A stretch of DNA of 64,000 bases from Nibricoccus sp. (lineage in GTDB: Bacteria > Verrucomicrobiota > Verrucomicrobiia > Opitutales > Opitutaceae). A program made the position numbers and the translations under genes. This document shows positions 27,736 to 39,310 of the stretch, one piece after another (positions within the stretch are counted from its first letter, which is position 1; every line of letters starts with the position of its first letter). The stretch lies in assembly GCA_047602425.1 (NCBI GenBank), contig JASGHG010000001.1:2976001-3040000 (forward strand), given 5' to 3'. The notes under the pieces are model-generated. The model searched no databases, was not told where the DNA came from, and worked only from the letters and a program-made list of their open reading frames with translations.

Positions 27736-29754
27736 TTACGCGGCCTCTTGACTGGCACCGAGCGCGGGCATCGGACAATCGAGACAGGCGGCGAAAGCGC
27801 GCAAGAGTTCGGCTTCGCCCACCAGGATTTGACCGTCAACACTGGCGGCTTGGGCGCAAGCTTGGAGCAGGCGTTGTTTGATTGGGCCGGCGGCGTGCGC
27901 CAGTTTATCGAGCGCCGGATCGAGATGCCGCGGATCGCAAGATTCGAGCGTGAGAAGTTCGGGCAGCGGCGAAATGGTTTTCAACAAATTCGCACCCGCG
28001 GCGAAGGCGCGTTCGGCCTGGCCTGGTTCCTGGGTCGAGGCATGGGCGACGGCCGAAAGGACGATGGTGATTGGTTCGCTCATCGCCTGGAAAGAGAAGA
28101 TCTGCGAGCCGAGGGAAAGCTTGGGCTTTTTGCTCAGCAGAAGCTGGTGGTGCAGGAGCTTTTGCAGGGCGAATTCGAAGAGGGTGACCCGGGCATCCGC
28201 TTTTATCAGGGCGTCGAGCGTGGCGAAGAAATCCGCGAGTTCGCTATCGCTGAGTTCGCGCAGCGCGGGCTGGGCGAGCTGGCAAAGGGGAATCTTATGC
28301 CGTTGCTGAAGACTGGCGAGTGGTTCGGCCAGCGCATGCAAAATAGTAACCGTCGCAGTCGGCAGGAGCGCAAGTTGGCGGTTGCGAAGCTCGGCATGGC
28401 TGTCGAGCAACAGGCTGTAGATCAATGCGGGCGCTTCGCCGCTCAGTCGCGCGGCCTGCCGGAGGCGTGCGGGAATTTCGTCGAGCAGCGTTTGTGCATT
28501 GGAGACTTGTTCGGGTGTGAGAGTGCCGATCGACGCAAGGGCCAGGGCGGGTGCCACGGCCCCGAAGACACGCAGCGCGGGATCGGAGGATGGCTGGTCC
28601 TGTTGTCGTTTGATCGGAGGTGGAACGAGGCCGGCGCTGACAAAACTCTCCTTGGTGATGTCGATTGTTTCAGTGGGTTCGAAATATTTGCCGTCGAACT
28701 GCGGGTCGATGGCCAGAATCCGTTTATCGAGAGGCGGGTGTGTGGCGAGCAAACCGGTAAGACCGGAGCTCATGGCCTCAGCGAAGAAGAAATGGCTGAT
28801 GGCGGCGGCGCGGGCGTTGTGGATGCGTCCGCCGAGGGCGTAACCGCCAATTTTCTTGAGGGCGCCGGTGATGCCGCCGGGGTTGCGGGTGAATTGCACG
28901 GACGAAGCATCGGCGAGGAATTCGCGCTGACGCGAAACGGCGGCTTGGATGAGGCGCCCGAAAAAGTACCCGATATAACCGATGACCATGAGAACGACAC
29001 CGATCACGAGGATAACGACCACGATGCGGCCATCCTTTTTGCTGCGATTGCCCCCGGTGAAACGAATGCTGCGGATGAGTCCGCGGCCGATGATTGTGAG
29101 CACGAAAATTCCGAAAAGCACGGACACGAGCCTGATGTTCAGGCGCATGTCGCCATTGAGAATGTGGCTGAACTCGTGGGCGACGACGCCTTGGAGTTCG
29201 TCGCGGTTGAGTTTATCGAGGGTGCCTCGCGTGACGGCCACGACTGCGTCGTTCGTCGTGAGTCCGGCGGCGAAGGCATTCAAGCCTGGTTCGTCGTCGA
29301 GCACGTAGACTGCCGGTACGGGGATGCTCGAAGCGATGGACATTTCCTCCACGACGTTGAGCAAGCGTTTTTCCTTCAAGTCAGTGGTTTGGGGATCGAC
29401 CGGGCGTCCGCCTACCATTTCCGCCACCGCGGGCCCGCCGCTGCGCAACTGAAACGTTTTAAAAATCGAAGCGCCGGCGATGACCAGAATGGTGCCGCCA
29501 GCGACCAGAACGAAAAGTTGCGGGTCCCAAAGTTTAAGCGCCGCTGGCGCGGTGGCGGACGGCTGCTCGTAATAATAGTCGTAGCTGTGCTGCCGGTACC
29601 TGCCGTGGCGCGAATATTTTGCGGGCAACTGCCCGAGAGCAACCACGAGTAACAGGTAAATCGCCGCAATGGTGGCGGCGACCGCAATGACAAAGAGTGC
29701 AATCAGCTTCTTCGTCCGCTTTTGCGCGGTGGCTTGGGCTTGGAAAAAATCCAT
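27736..29754 (-). CDS. M48 (HtpX-like) zinc metalloprotease, long form
   Basis: MDFFQAQ, NAFAAG, HEFSH, SRQREFLAD, THPP. Confidence 0.9.
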   Translation of the reverse strand: MDFFQAQATAQKRTKKLIALFVIAVAATIAAIYLLLVVALGQLPAKYSRHGRYRQHSYDYYYEQPSATAPAALKLWDPQLFVLVAGGTILVIAGASIFKTFQLRSGGPAVAEMVGGRPVDPQTTDLKEKRLLNVVEEMSIASSIPVPAVYVLDDEPGLNAFAAGLTTNDAVVAVTRGTLDKLNRDELQGVVAHEFSHILNGDMRLNIRLVSVLFGIFVLTIIGRGLIRSIRFTGGNRSKKDGRIVVVILVIGVVLMVIGYIGYFFGRLIQAAVSRQREFLADASSVQFTRNPGGITGALKKIGGYALGGRIHNARAAAISHFFFAEAMSSGLTGLLATHPPLDKRILAIDPQFDGKYFEPTETIDITKESFVSAGLVPPPIKRQQDQPSSDPALRVFGAVAPALALASIGTLTPEQVSNAQTLLDEIPARLRQAARLSGEAPALIYSLLLDSHAELRNRQLALLPTATVTILHALAEPLASLQQRHKIPLCQLAQPALRELSDSELADFFATLDALIKADARVTLFEFALQKLLHHQLLLSKKPKLSLGSQIFSFQAMSEPITIVLSAVAHASTQEPGQAERAFAAGANLLKTISPLPELLTLESCDPRHLDPALDKLAHAAGPIKQRLLQACAQAASVDGQILVGEAELLRAFAACLDCPMPALGASQEAA

Positions 29755-29790
29755 AGCGAAAACGCGAACCTGCGTTGCAAGAGCGCAGGC

Positions 29791-30159
29791 TTATTTGATC
29801 AATCGCAACGTGAGCGGGTACTGGTAACAACCGTTGTCCGAGGCCTTGATCGCGGCGATGATGGAAAAAACCAGCGAGCCCAAACCAATGAGAATCATGA
29901 TTGGGATTCCGACGATGACAAAGGCGAGCGGGATGCAGCAGATTACATAAATCAGAATGGAGATATGAAAGTTCAACGCTTCGCGGGCGTTGGCTCGCAC
30001 ATATTCCGATTCACCTTTCATCGCCAAATAAACGACCAGCGGCAGGATGAATCCTACGCCGAGAAACGACGAGAGGTGGCAGAGGATGCTCCAGATCTTG
30101 TCGCTCCCGCTCGGGGTCGGAACCGGCGGGGGCAATTGCGATTCGTTCACGGTATTCAT
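29791..30159 (-). CDS. DUF4870 membrane protein
   Basis: LCHLS, AREALNFHIS, YQYPLT. Confidence 0.8.
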   Translation of the reverse strand: MNTVNESQLPPPVPTPSGSDKIWSILCHLSSFLGVGFILPLVVYLAMKGESEYVRANAREALNFHISILIYVICCIPLAFVIVGIPIMILIGLGSLVFSIIAAIKASDNGCYQYPLTLRLIK

Positions 30160-30178
30160 GAGATTTCGAATATCTCAA

Positions 30179-30781
30179 TCAGGTGAATTTGACCTGCGGA
30201 GCATTGCGCTCGGAGGGATCTTCGATCTTGAAAAGCTCGGCGGGCAGGAAGCCAAACATCCCGGCGAAAACGACATTGGGGAAAGTCTCGCGGGTCGTGT
30301 TGTAGGTCATCACGGAGTCATTGTAAGCCTGGCGGGCGAAAGAAATTTTGTTCTCCGTCGAGGTAAGCTCCTCGGTGAGCTGCATCATGTTCTGGTTGGC
30401 CTTGAGTTCGGGGTAGGCCTCGGTGACGACCATCAAACGACTGAGAGCGCCGGCGAGTCCCGACTCGGCTCCAGCCAGACTGCGCACGGCATTCGCGTCG
30501 GCGGGGTTTGCGGCGGCGGCCTGGGCGGCCGAGGCGGCGATGTTGCGGGCCTTGATGACGGCTTCGAGGGTCGAACTTTCGTGTTTGAGATAACCTTTGG
30601 CGATTTCGACTAGATTGGGAATCAGATCGTAGCGGCGCTTGAGTTGTACGTCGATCTGGGCGAAGGCGTTTTTGAAGCGGTTGCGAAGGGTGACGAGGGT
30701 GTTGTAGATGCCCACGACCCACAGGGCGAGGCCGATGACAACGATGGCAAGGATGCCGAGGACAATGAGAAGTATGCTCAT
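30179..30781 (-). CDS. lemA: LemA family protein
   Basis: IDVQLKRRYDLIPNL, EAYPELKA, ENKISFARQAYND. Confidence 0.93.
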   Translation of the reverse strand: MSILLIVLGILAIVVIGLALWVVGIYNTLVTLRNRFKNAFAQIDVQLKRRYDLIPNLVEIAKGYLKHESSTLEAVIKARNIAASAAQAAAANPADANAVRSLAGAESGLAGALSRLMVVTEAYPELKANQNMMQLTEELTSTENKISFARQAYNDSVMTYNTTRETFPNVVFAGMFGFLPAELFKIEDPSERNAPQVKFT

Positions 30782-30921
30782 AGATTGGGATTGGTTCGAC
30801 TTGGGTAGTGTGGCGATTACGGGCGGTTCTACGAGAAGGAAGTGATTACATTTGCGAAGGATTTTTCCAACCGGCCACGGGCTTGCGTCCGGCGGCTTCC
30901 CTGCACAACGTGCGTCCAGAC

Positions 30922-33570
30922 ATGCGCCAACCGTTTCGCCCGTTTGCTGTAATCCGTTTGTTTTTGCTTTTGCTGCCCGCCGCCCTTCTGGCGCAGGACA
31001 TTGTGTTGCCCGCTCCGTTCGCGGGCAGGAATACCGAGGCCCCAGCTGGGGATTTCGCCCTGCAAATCGCCGCCGAACGGGCGTTGCAGATGGGTTTCCC
31101 CTCGGCGGCGGTCGATCTTTATCAAAAGCTTATCGACAATCCTGCGCTCAAGCCCGACGACCGCAACAAGCTGCTCGTGGCCCAGGCCACCGCGTTGCTG
31201 GAGGATAATCGGACGGACGAGGCGGCGGCGGCTCTGAAAAAATATGTCGGCTTGCCGACGGCGGCCTGCCAGCTGCGGCTCGCGTTAATCGCTTTTCGCG
31301 AACGACGTTTTGACGATGCCCGACGGCAGGTCGGCGGCATTACTCCTGACCAATTGCCGGAGGACGATCGGAGCTGGTGGTATTATTTAAACGGCAAGCT
31401 GGCCGAGACGGTGCGGGATTTCACCCACGCGAACATCTTTCTTCAACAAGCCGTCGACGTGTCGAAATCCGAGCCGCAACGCGTGCATTTTTCCCTGGCC
31501 CAGGAACTGGCCAGACTGAGCATGGGCGAATTTTCCGAAGCGAGGGCAACTGAACTTCGGCAGGGTGTGGAGCGCTTTCAAGGCCGGCCATTGTACGCTG
31601 CCGTTACGTCATACGTAATCGTGTTGAACCAACTCGGGAGGAAAGCCGAGGCGATCGCGGTTCTTCAGCGTCAGTTGCAGGCCCTGCCGCTCGACGAGCG
31701 CGCGGTGAGCGATGAATGGCGTTTGATACTGGGATTATTGAGCGGTGCGGAGGAAGGGGTGGGGCGCAACGCCATTGGCGCGCTGATTGCGACGGGCGTC
31801 GACCGCGGCAAGCAGCGTGTTGCCCTGCAATTTCTGGCACGCGCCTCAGGTTCGGTCGCGGCTCGCGACGATTTTCGCCGCCGGCTCGACGAACTCATCG
31901 GCGCGCCCGCCCCGCATCCATTGCTGGAGGACCTTTTGATTTTCCGCGCACAAGTGGCACTGGCCGAAAAAAACTATGGCCGCGCCGAGGGCGATGCGAC
32001 GCGGGTGCTTGAGCAGTATCCAGGATCTCAATACCGCGGACACGCCTTGGGCGTGCTCACCGGCGTGAATTGGGAGCAGCTTCGCTACCGCAGCGCCGCC
32101 AGTCAGGCCGCCAAAGCCCGCGAAGCTCTGCAGCCGGGCGAGAGCCGCGCGCAACTCGGCGTGCTGCTGGCTGAGGCCTGGTTTCGAGCGGGCATGGCTT
32201 CCCACGCCGCGGCCGACTATCGTACCGCGGCCGATGCTTATGCCGCCACGCTCAACGAAGTGCCATCCAGCGTGGAACCCGGGGTTTTGATGTTTCAACG
32301 CCTTGTCGCCGAGGTCGAAGTCGCCAACGCGGAAGAAGGGAAAGCCGATCGTTTTGCCCGCGCGCAAATGCTGCTCGATCAAATGGGAGCCGATCCGCGT
32401 TTCGATGCGGTAAATCGTTGGAAAGCGGAGTGGAACCTTTCGCGCAGCCTTGAGGCAGCCGGTGAAATCGCGAAGGCCTACGAGCGCGTCAACAAATTGC
32501 TCGGAGCCAACGGCGACACCTCCAAATTGCCGGCCGACCTCAGGGCTCAACTGCGCTGGCTCCAAGCGAGCCTTTCCTTCAAAGCCGGCGAACCCGCCCG
32601 CACGCTGACGCTCGCTAACCAATTGCTTGATGCCTTGGACGGCGTCGAGACAGGGCTGCGTTCGCAGATCGCCAGCATGACGCTGTTGCTTCAGGCTCAG
32701 GCCAATTTCACGCTCACGCCGCCGCGACCGGACGACGCTTCGGAACGCTTGCGCAAACTCCGCGCCGAATATCCCCGCGCCGACGCCACGATTTACTCCT
32801 ACCTCGTCGAGGCGGAGGAGAAGGCTCACAAAGGCCAACTCGTTGAGGCTCAGGCCACATTGCAAACTCTCGCCGACAATCCCGAGTACGCCAACAGTTC
32901 TTACGTGCCCTATGCCCTTTATCAAGCGGCTCTCTATGCTGAGCGTCGCGCCCAGGAAAAATTCCTGACCGAGGCTTTCAACATCCTCGATCGGCTCGTT
33001 AAAAAATATCCCAGCAGCGAACTTCAATTTTATGCCCGCATGAAACAGGGCAACCTTCTGCGGCAGACCAGCGATTATCCAGGCGCCCAGAACCACTTCG
33101 CTCTGCTGGTGAACGACTTTCCCCAGCACCAAGACGTCTCAGCGGCCCGGCTGGCTCTGGCCGATTGTCACGCGGCGCAGGCTGCTTCCGACATATCGCA
33201 CCAGGAACGGGCCGCGACGATTTATGAATCGCTCGTCGTTTCATTGAGCACGCCCACCGATATCCGCGCAGAGGCCGGGTATAAATATGGCTTAAACCTC
33301 GCCCGGCGCGGCAACGGCGACCGGGCTCGTGAAGAATGGGTGCGGCTCATCACCAGTATCCTGCCCGACGACAGCAAAGCGGAAGCTCTCGGCGCCAAAG
33401 GACGTTTTTGGGTTTCCAAAACGCTTTTCGATCTCGGTGATCTGCTCGAACGCCAGCATAAACCCGAGGAGGCCCAAGTCGCTTATGACAAGATCATCAC
33501 CAAGGCCTTGCCCCAAGCCGCCTTGGCCAAAGAGCGGCTCGCTAACCTTCGTTCGCAAAAAAACCCGTAA
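30922..33570 (+). CDS. large exported TPR-repeat protein
   Basis: Signal peptide; repeated helical TPR-like units ending in YP/FP. Confidence 0.75.
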   Translation: MRQPFRPFAVIRLFLLLLPAALLAQDIVLPAPFAGRNTEAPAGDFALQIAAERALQMGFPSAAVDLYQKLIDNPALKPDDRNKLLVAQATALLEDNRTDEAAAALKKYVGLPTAACQLRLALIAFRERRFDDARRQVGGITPDQLPEDDRSWWYYLNGKLAETVRDFTHANIFLQQAVDVSKSEPQRVHFSLAQELARLSMGEFSEARATELRQGVERFQGRPLYAAVTSYVIVLNQLGRKAEAIAVLQRQLQALPLDERAVSDEWRLILGLLSGAEEGVGRNAIGALIATGVDRGKQRVALQFLARASGSVAARDDFRRRLDELIGAPAPHPLLEDLLIFRAQVALAEKNYGRAEGDATRVLEQYPGSQYRGHALGVLTGVNWEQLRYRSAASQAAKAREALQPGESRAQLGVLLAEAWFRAGMASHAAADYRTAADAYAATLNEVPSSVEPGVLMFQRLVAEVEVANAEEGKADRFARAQMLLDQMGADPRFDAVNRWKAEWNLSRSLEAAGEIAKAYERVNKLLGANGDTSKLPADLRAQLRWLQASLSFKAGEPARTLTLANQLLDALDGVETGLRSQIASMTLLLQAQANFTLTPPRPDDASERLRKLRAEYPRADATIYSYLVEAEEKAHKGQLVEAQATLQTLADNPEYANSSYVPYALYQAALYAERRAQEKFLTEAFNILDRLVKKYPSSELQFYARMKQGNLLRQTSDYPGAQNHFALLVNDFPQHQDVSAARLALADCHAAQAASDISHQERAATIYESLVVSLSTPTDIRAEAGYKYGLNLARRGNGDRAREEWVRLITSILPDDSKAEALGAKGRFWVSKTLFDLGDLLERQHKPEEAQVAYDKIITKALPQAALAKERLANLRSQKNP

Positions 33571-33644
33571 AGAAAATATAAACCTGCTCGCTGTTTCTGG
33601 CGTTTCCGCCCTAGCTTCATGTCCATTGAGACCGTGCCAATCTA

Positions 33645-34373
33645 ATGTCCGCCTTTGATTTCAGTTTTTTTTCCGATGGTGGCCCGATGATGATCGTCGT
33701 GCTGCTCGTCGCGCTCGTGTCGCTCGTGATCTTTATCGAGCGGACGCTCTTCCTGCACCGCAGCCAGATCCGCTCCAAGCAGTTCATCGACGGCATTAAA
33801 AACGCCCTCGCCAAACGCCGCGTGGTGGAAGCCCTTACGCTTTGTGAAGAAGCGCCCGGCCCTGTGCCCTCCGTTGTCAAGGCGGCCTTGCTCAACGCCT
33901 CCGAAGACGCGGACGCGATGCGTTTTGCCGTCCAAGAGGCGGCCGTGGTCGAAATTCCCTCGCTTGAACGCCGCTTGGGTTCGCTTGCCGCGCTCGCGCA
34001 AATTATGCCTTTGGTCGGCCTCCTTGGGACCTTGCTTGGCATGATCTCGACCTTCCACGCCTTTATGCAAGGCGGACAATACGCGACTGCGCACGCTCTC
34101 GCCAGCGGCATGTGGCAAGCGCTCATCACGACGACCGCCAGCCTCATCGTAGCCATACCGATCCACCTTGGTTATCATTTCCTCAGTGGAAGGGTTCGGG
34201 CAATCGTGCGCGACGTCGAATGGTCCGGCAACGAGATCATGCAGTACCTCCTGACGGACTATCGCGATGGCGGTTCTTCCAACGGTGAACCCGCGAAGCC
34301 CGCTCCGACTCCCTCGCCGGTCGAACCGAAAATCCTGCCGACCATCACTGCCCGTGATCACGCGTCCGCTTGA
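33645..34373 (+). CDS. MotA/TolQ/ExbB proton channel protein
   Basis: GGPMM, PLVGLLGTLLGMI..F, LASGMWQALITT. Confidence 0.88.
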   Translation: MSAFDFSFFSDGGPMMIVVLLVALVSLVIFIERTLFLHRSQIRSKQFIDGIKNALAKRRVVEALTLCEEAPGPVPSVVKAALLNASEDADAMRFAVQEAAVVEIPSLERRLGSLAALAQIMPLVGLLGTLLGMISTFHAFMQGGQYATAHALASGMWQALITTTASLIVAIPIHLGYHFLSGRVRAIVRDVEWSGNEIMQYLLTDYRDGGSSNGEPAKPAPTPSPVEPKILPTITARDHASA

Positions 34374-34824
34374 TCTTTTGTCGAAGTTGCGGTCGCCGCC
34401 GCGGAATTACGACGTCCTGTTCCTCGTGAACGGCGCGTTGATCGCATTGTTTTTCTCCATCTTTGGCTCGCGCTTCATCCTGTCGCCGGGCCTGAGCGTG
34501 GACAATACGGAGTTCACGCTGCGCAAAACTCCCAACGCCATGGGGGACCTCGTGGCCACACGCGTCACCATCAGCGTCAACGCCAACGGCCAGATTTGGG
34601 GCGACACTGGTTTGATCAACGAATCGAACCTCAAGGAATGGCTGACGCAACAGGCCAAGCGCGCTCCGGGTTCGATTCTGCTCATTATTGGAGATAGCCG
34701 CGCCTCCGTGGACGTTTGTGCCAACATCGCTGAAACCGCCGTCGCGGTGGGTTTTGCCGGAGTGCACATTGCCGCCCAGCAAGCTTCGGCCGCACCGGCG
34801 CCGGAAGTGACATTCCCGAAATGA
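34354..34824 (+). CDS. ExbD/TolR-like protein
   Basis: Single N-terminal TM, LLIIGDSRA periplasmic motif, position after exbB. Confidence 0.7.
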   Translation: MITRPLDLLSKLRSPPRNYDVLFLVNGALIALFFSIFGSRFILSPGLSVDNTEFTLRKTPNAMGDLVATRVTISVNANGQIWGDTGLINESNLKEWLTQQAKRAPGSILLIIGDSRASVDVCANIAETAVAVGFAGVHIAAQQASAAPAPEVTFPK

Positions 34825-35555
34825 GCGCTGCGAAAGGGCAGGGGAATACGCTGTGGATAGCCATTGGTGTGGCCTTGGTGCTGGCGGGGGTCATCCTTTT
34901 CACCCTCACGCAGGTGCGGCTTCCGAAAACCGTCGCGGTCAAACCAATACCAACCGCCACGCCCAAACCGCCGGTCGCGATAACGCGAATCGGAGCCGAC
35001 GACAATTTCCTGTTCTACGATCCGAACATGCTCTTCCGGCCCACGGCGATCAACAACAGCGACCCCGCGTTGCCCGCCAGCTTTCGCCGTGAACCTGGAC
35101 ATGCGCTCAAGGCCATTCCGGAAAAGCTCACTTTCGCCCAGTACGAAATGAAAATCGTGCTGCCGGAACCAATTCAAACCCCTACAGACGCGGTGCAAGC
35201 GGTGCAGGTGGGGGAGGCGCCGAATCCCTTCTTCGCTTTCGGTCGGGTCAATTTCCCCTTCACGCCCCTCAGTCCCCGCCTCGCGTTTCTTGAAGTTTTG
35301 CAGACCCGCACTGGCCGCCTTGTGCTCTCCGCGCCCCTGAAGGCTTCGCCGGAGGAAAAATTTCCCGCAGTCGATTGGCAGCCGCTCGAAATGGTCGTGG
35401 CTGTAGAACCGGCCGGACTAATTGGTGAACCGGCCGTTACCAACGGCTCGGGCTTTGAAGAAGTGGATCGTTATTTTCGCGATTTGCTCTTGCGTCAGTT
35501 CCGCCTTGGAGCACGGTTGCCGCCCGGATTTTATACGTTGCGCATAGGCCCATAG
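34821..35555 (+). CDS. hypothetical protein, TonB-like (TM, Pro-rich, C-terminal domain)
   Basis: N-terminal TM, Pro-rich linker, VEPAG..GEP.VTNGSGFEEVD. Confidence 0.5.
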   Translation: MSAAKGQGNTLWIAIGVALVLAGVILFTLTQVRLPKTVAVKPIPTATPKPPVAITRIGADDNFLFYDPNMLFRPTAINNSDPALPASFRREPGHALKAIPEKLTFAQYEMKIVLPEPIQTPTDAVQAVQVGEAPNPFFAFGRVNFPFTPLSPRLAFLEVLQTRTGRLVLSAPLKASPEEKFPAVDWQPLEMVVAVEPAGLIGEPAVTNGSGFEEVDRYFRDLLLRQFRLGARLPPGFYTLRIGP

Positions 35556-35583
35556 GAATTTGCGAAATTCATCATAATTTCAG

Positions 35584-35612
35584 TTGACGGGTGAAAATGC
35601 GACCTTCACGTT
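35584..35612 (+). promoter_or_regulatory. putative sigma70 promoter of the tRNA-Thr/tuf operon
   Basis: TTGACG-17 bp-CACGTT. Confidence 0.4.
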
Positions 35613-35652
35613 CTTCGCTCTTTTTCATGTTTTTTGATCCAACCCTTAGTCT

Positions 35653-35728
35653 GCCCAGATAGCTCAGTTGGCAGAGCACGTCCTTGGTAAGGACGAGGTC
35701 GCCGGTTCAAATCCGGTTCTGGGCTCCA
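35653..35728 (+). tRNA. tRNA-Thr(GGT)
   Basis: 76-nt cloverleaf, anticodon loop TT-GGT-AA, GGTTCAAATCC, CCA end. Confidence 0.97.
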
Positions 35729-35799
35729 GGGTCAGCGTCGGTGACTTCCCGACGTTAAAACGAGGTCAATCAACATCTAACTCACAACGTCTAAACTCC

Positions 35800-36990
<1,191 letters not shown>

Positions 36991-37071
36991 GGTCGTAACA
37001 TTGTCCAAATTCCGACCGCCGAGGCCTCCCAAAGGGGCCTCGGCTGCGTCGTCTAAAAACCATAATATCAC

Positions 37072-37147
37072 AGGCGTGTAGCTCAATTGGTAGAGTAGCG
37101 GTCTCCAAAACCGTTGGTTGGGGGTTCGATTCCCTCCGCGCCTGCCA
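37072..37147 (+). tRNA. tRNA-Trp(CCA)
   Basis: 76-nt cloverleaf, anticodon loop CT-CCA-AA, CCA end, canonical position before secE. Confidence 0.97.
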
Positions 37148-37158
37148 AGTTTCCCACC

Positions 37159-37374
37159 ATGAAAAACCCTTTCCGCAGCACCCGCATTTTCTTCGGCGAA
37201 ATGGTCGACGAATTGAAGAAAGCCACTTGGCCCACCCGCCAGGAGCTGCGCGATTCCACGATCGTTGTCATCGTGGCGGCGGTCATTCTCGGCCTGTTCA
37301 CCAGCATTAGCGACTTCGCCCTCTACCAAGTCGTCGACCTTTTCACCGGCCTCGTGACCAAGCTGGCCAGCTAA
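37159..37374 (+). CDS. secE: preprotein translocase subunit SecE
   Basis: ELKKATWPTRQE plus TM; synteny. Confidence 0.93.
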   Translation: MKNPFRSTRIFFGEMVDELKKATWPTRQELRDSTIVVIVAAVILGLFTSISDFALYQVVDLFTGLVTKLAS

Positions 37375-37384
37375 AACCTAACCT

Positions 37385-37964
37385 ATGTCCGCTCAAACGA
37401 CAGTTCCCGCCGACGCCCAGTGGTTCGCCGTCCACACGCTTTCCGGTCAGGAAAACAAGGTTAAACTCTACATCGAGAAGTTCAAAAAGCAGGAAGAACT
37501 CGAAGACTACATCTTTGAAATCCTCCTCCCCACCGAGGTCGTTTCCGAGGTCAAAGGCGGCAAAAAGACCACCAAGACCCGCAAGCTCTACCCGGGCTAC
37601 GTCTTCCTCCAGATGAAGCTCTATGGCGAAGACAAAAAGGTCATCAACAAGCCGTGGTACTTCGTCAAAGAAGTTGCCGGCGTGATCGGCTTTGTCGGCG
37701 GTGATCATCCTGCGGCCCTTCGTCAGTCCGAGATCGACGAAATTCGCTCCCGCATCGAAGCCGCCAGCGGCAAGGAAGTGCCGAAAGTTCAGTACGAAAC
37801 CGGGGAGGAAGTTAAAATCAACGACGGCGCTTTCGCCAACCTCACCGGACCGCATCGACGAAATCGATCCTGCGCGCGGCAAACTCAAAATCTCCGTCTC
37901 CATTTTCGGCCGTTTCACCCCGGTCGAACTCGAATACTGGCAAGTCCAGCGCATCACCGATTAA
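37385..37964 (+). CDS. nusG: transcription factor NusG (one extra base at ~37849-37850)
   Basis: WFAVHTLSGQE, YPGYV; the KOW tail SIFGRFTPVELEY lies in the +1 frame. Confidence 0.93.
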
Positions 37965-38076
37965 TTTTTCGACTGGTGATATACGATTTCTGATTTCCTG
38001 CGCCTCTCTCGAAATCCGATCGGAATCAAAGGTCTCAAATCACAAATCATAAGTCCCAAGTCACAAGGTTCCTAAC

Positions 38077-38502
38077 ATGGCCAAGAAGATCCAAGGTTAC
38101 ATCCGTCTCCAGCTTCCCGCTGGCGCCGCCAATCCCGCTCCTCCCGTCGGTCCCGCACTCGGTGCCCAGGGCGTCAACATCATGGCGTTCTGTAAGGAGT
38201 TTAACGCCAAGACCAAAGACCAGAACGGCATGATTCTGCCGGTCGTCATCACGGTCTACTCCGACAAGAGCTTCACTTTCATCCTCAAGTCCCCGCCGGC
38301 TTCGGTTCTTCTCAAGAAGGCCGCCAACATCGCCGCTGGTTCCGCCAAGCCGAATCAAGATAAGGTCGGCAAGGTCACCAAAAAGCAGCTCGCCGAGATC
38401 TATAAAATCAAGATCAAGGACCTCAACGCCAAGGACGAGGCCGCTGGTATCAAGATCATCGCCGGCACCGCCCGCAACATGGGCATCGAGGTCGTCGACT
38501 AA
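38077..38502 (+). CDS. rplK: 50S ribosomal protein L11
   Basis: [19 protein letters not shown]. Confidence 0.98.
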   Translation: MAKKIQGYIRLQLPAGAANPAPPVGPALGAQGVNIMAFCKEFNAKTKDQNGMILPVVITVYSDKSFTFILKSPPASVLLKKAANIAAGSAKPNQDKVGKVTKKQLAEIYKIKIKDLNAKDEAAGIKIIAGTARNMGIEVVD

Positions 38503-38554
38503 ACCTTTTGGGACGCCGGCCCCGTCGGCGTCTCGTTCTCAACCCTAACTCACC

Positions 38555-38585
38555 GCGGGAGTCTCGCCCGAGACGTTCGCACCGC
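38555..38585 (+). promoter_or_regulatory. putative L1-binding mRNA autoregulatory site
   Basis: GCGGGAG-hairpin-CG..ACCGC abutting the rplA SD. Confidence 0.5.
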
Positions 38586-38597
38586 AAGGAGTCATAA

Positions 38598-39296
38598 ATG
38601 CCAACAAAAGCCAGTAAACGTTATCGCAGCGCCGTTCAGGTCGCTGATCTCACCAAGGACTATCCGCTCAAGGAAGCAGTGGACATCCTCGCCAAGTTCC
38701 CGAAGGCCAAGTTCGACGAGACTGTTGAACTCTCCTTCTGCCTCGGCGTGGACGCCGCCTCCGGCGACCAAAATGTGCGCGGAACCACGCCCCTGCCGAA
38801 TGGTTCGGGTAAAAAGGTCCGCGTCCTCGTCTTCACTGACAACGCCAAAGCCGCCCTCGATGCTGGCGCTGATTACGCCGGTCTTCAGGACATGATGACC
38901 AAGATCAACGAAGGCTGGCTCGACTTCGATGTCGCCATCGCGACGACCGAAGCCATGAAAACCGTTCGTACGCTCGCCCGCGTCCTCGGTCCCAAGGGCC
39001 TCATGCCCAACCCGAAGTCCGGCACCGTCACCGACGACATTCCCGCTGGCATCAAGGCCGTCAAGGCCGGCCGCGTGGAGTTCAAGATGGACAAGACCGC
39101 CAATATCGGCGTCGGCATCGGCAAACGCTCTTTCACCCCCGCGCAGATCGTTGAAAACGCTGCCGCTGTGATCGACGCGATCGCAAAGGCCAAACCCGCC
39201 TCCTTCAAAGGTGGCATCTTCATCAAAACCGTCGCCCTTTCGTCCAGCCAGAGCCCGGCGGTCCACATCGCTTCGAGCGAATTCAACCAAGCCTAA
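38598..39296 (+). CDS. rplA: 50S ribosomal protein L1
   Basis: KFDETVE, LGPKGLMPNPKSGTVT. Confidence 0.98.
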   Translation: MPTKASKRYRSAVQVADLTKDYPLKEAVDILAKFPKAKFDETVELSFCLGVDAASGDQNVRGTTPLPNGSGKKVRVLVFTDNAKAALDAGADYAGLQDMMTKINEGWLDFDVAIATTEAMKTVRTLARVLGPKGLMPNPKSGTVTDDIPAGIKAVKAGRVEFKMDKTANIGVGIGKRSFTPAQIVENAAAVIDAIAKAKPASFKGGIFIKTVALSSSQSPAVHIASSEFNQA

Positions 39297-39310
39297 ACGA
39301 CCTCCCGACC

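Noticed and set aside
35668..35799. N-terminal extension of EF-Tu in the ORF track
   Set aside because: It overlaps tRNA-Thr; the true start is ATG 35800.
37114..37158. Longer secE start in the ORF track
   Set aside because: It overlaps tRNA-Trp; ATG 37159 was used.
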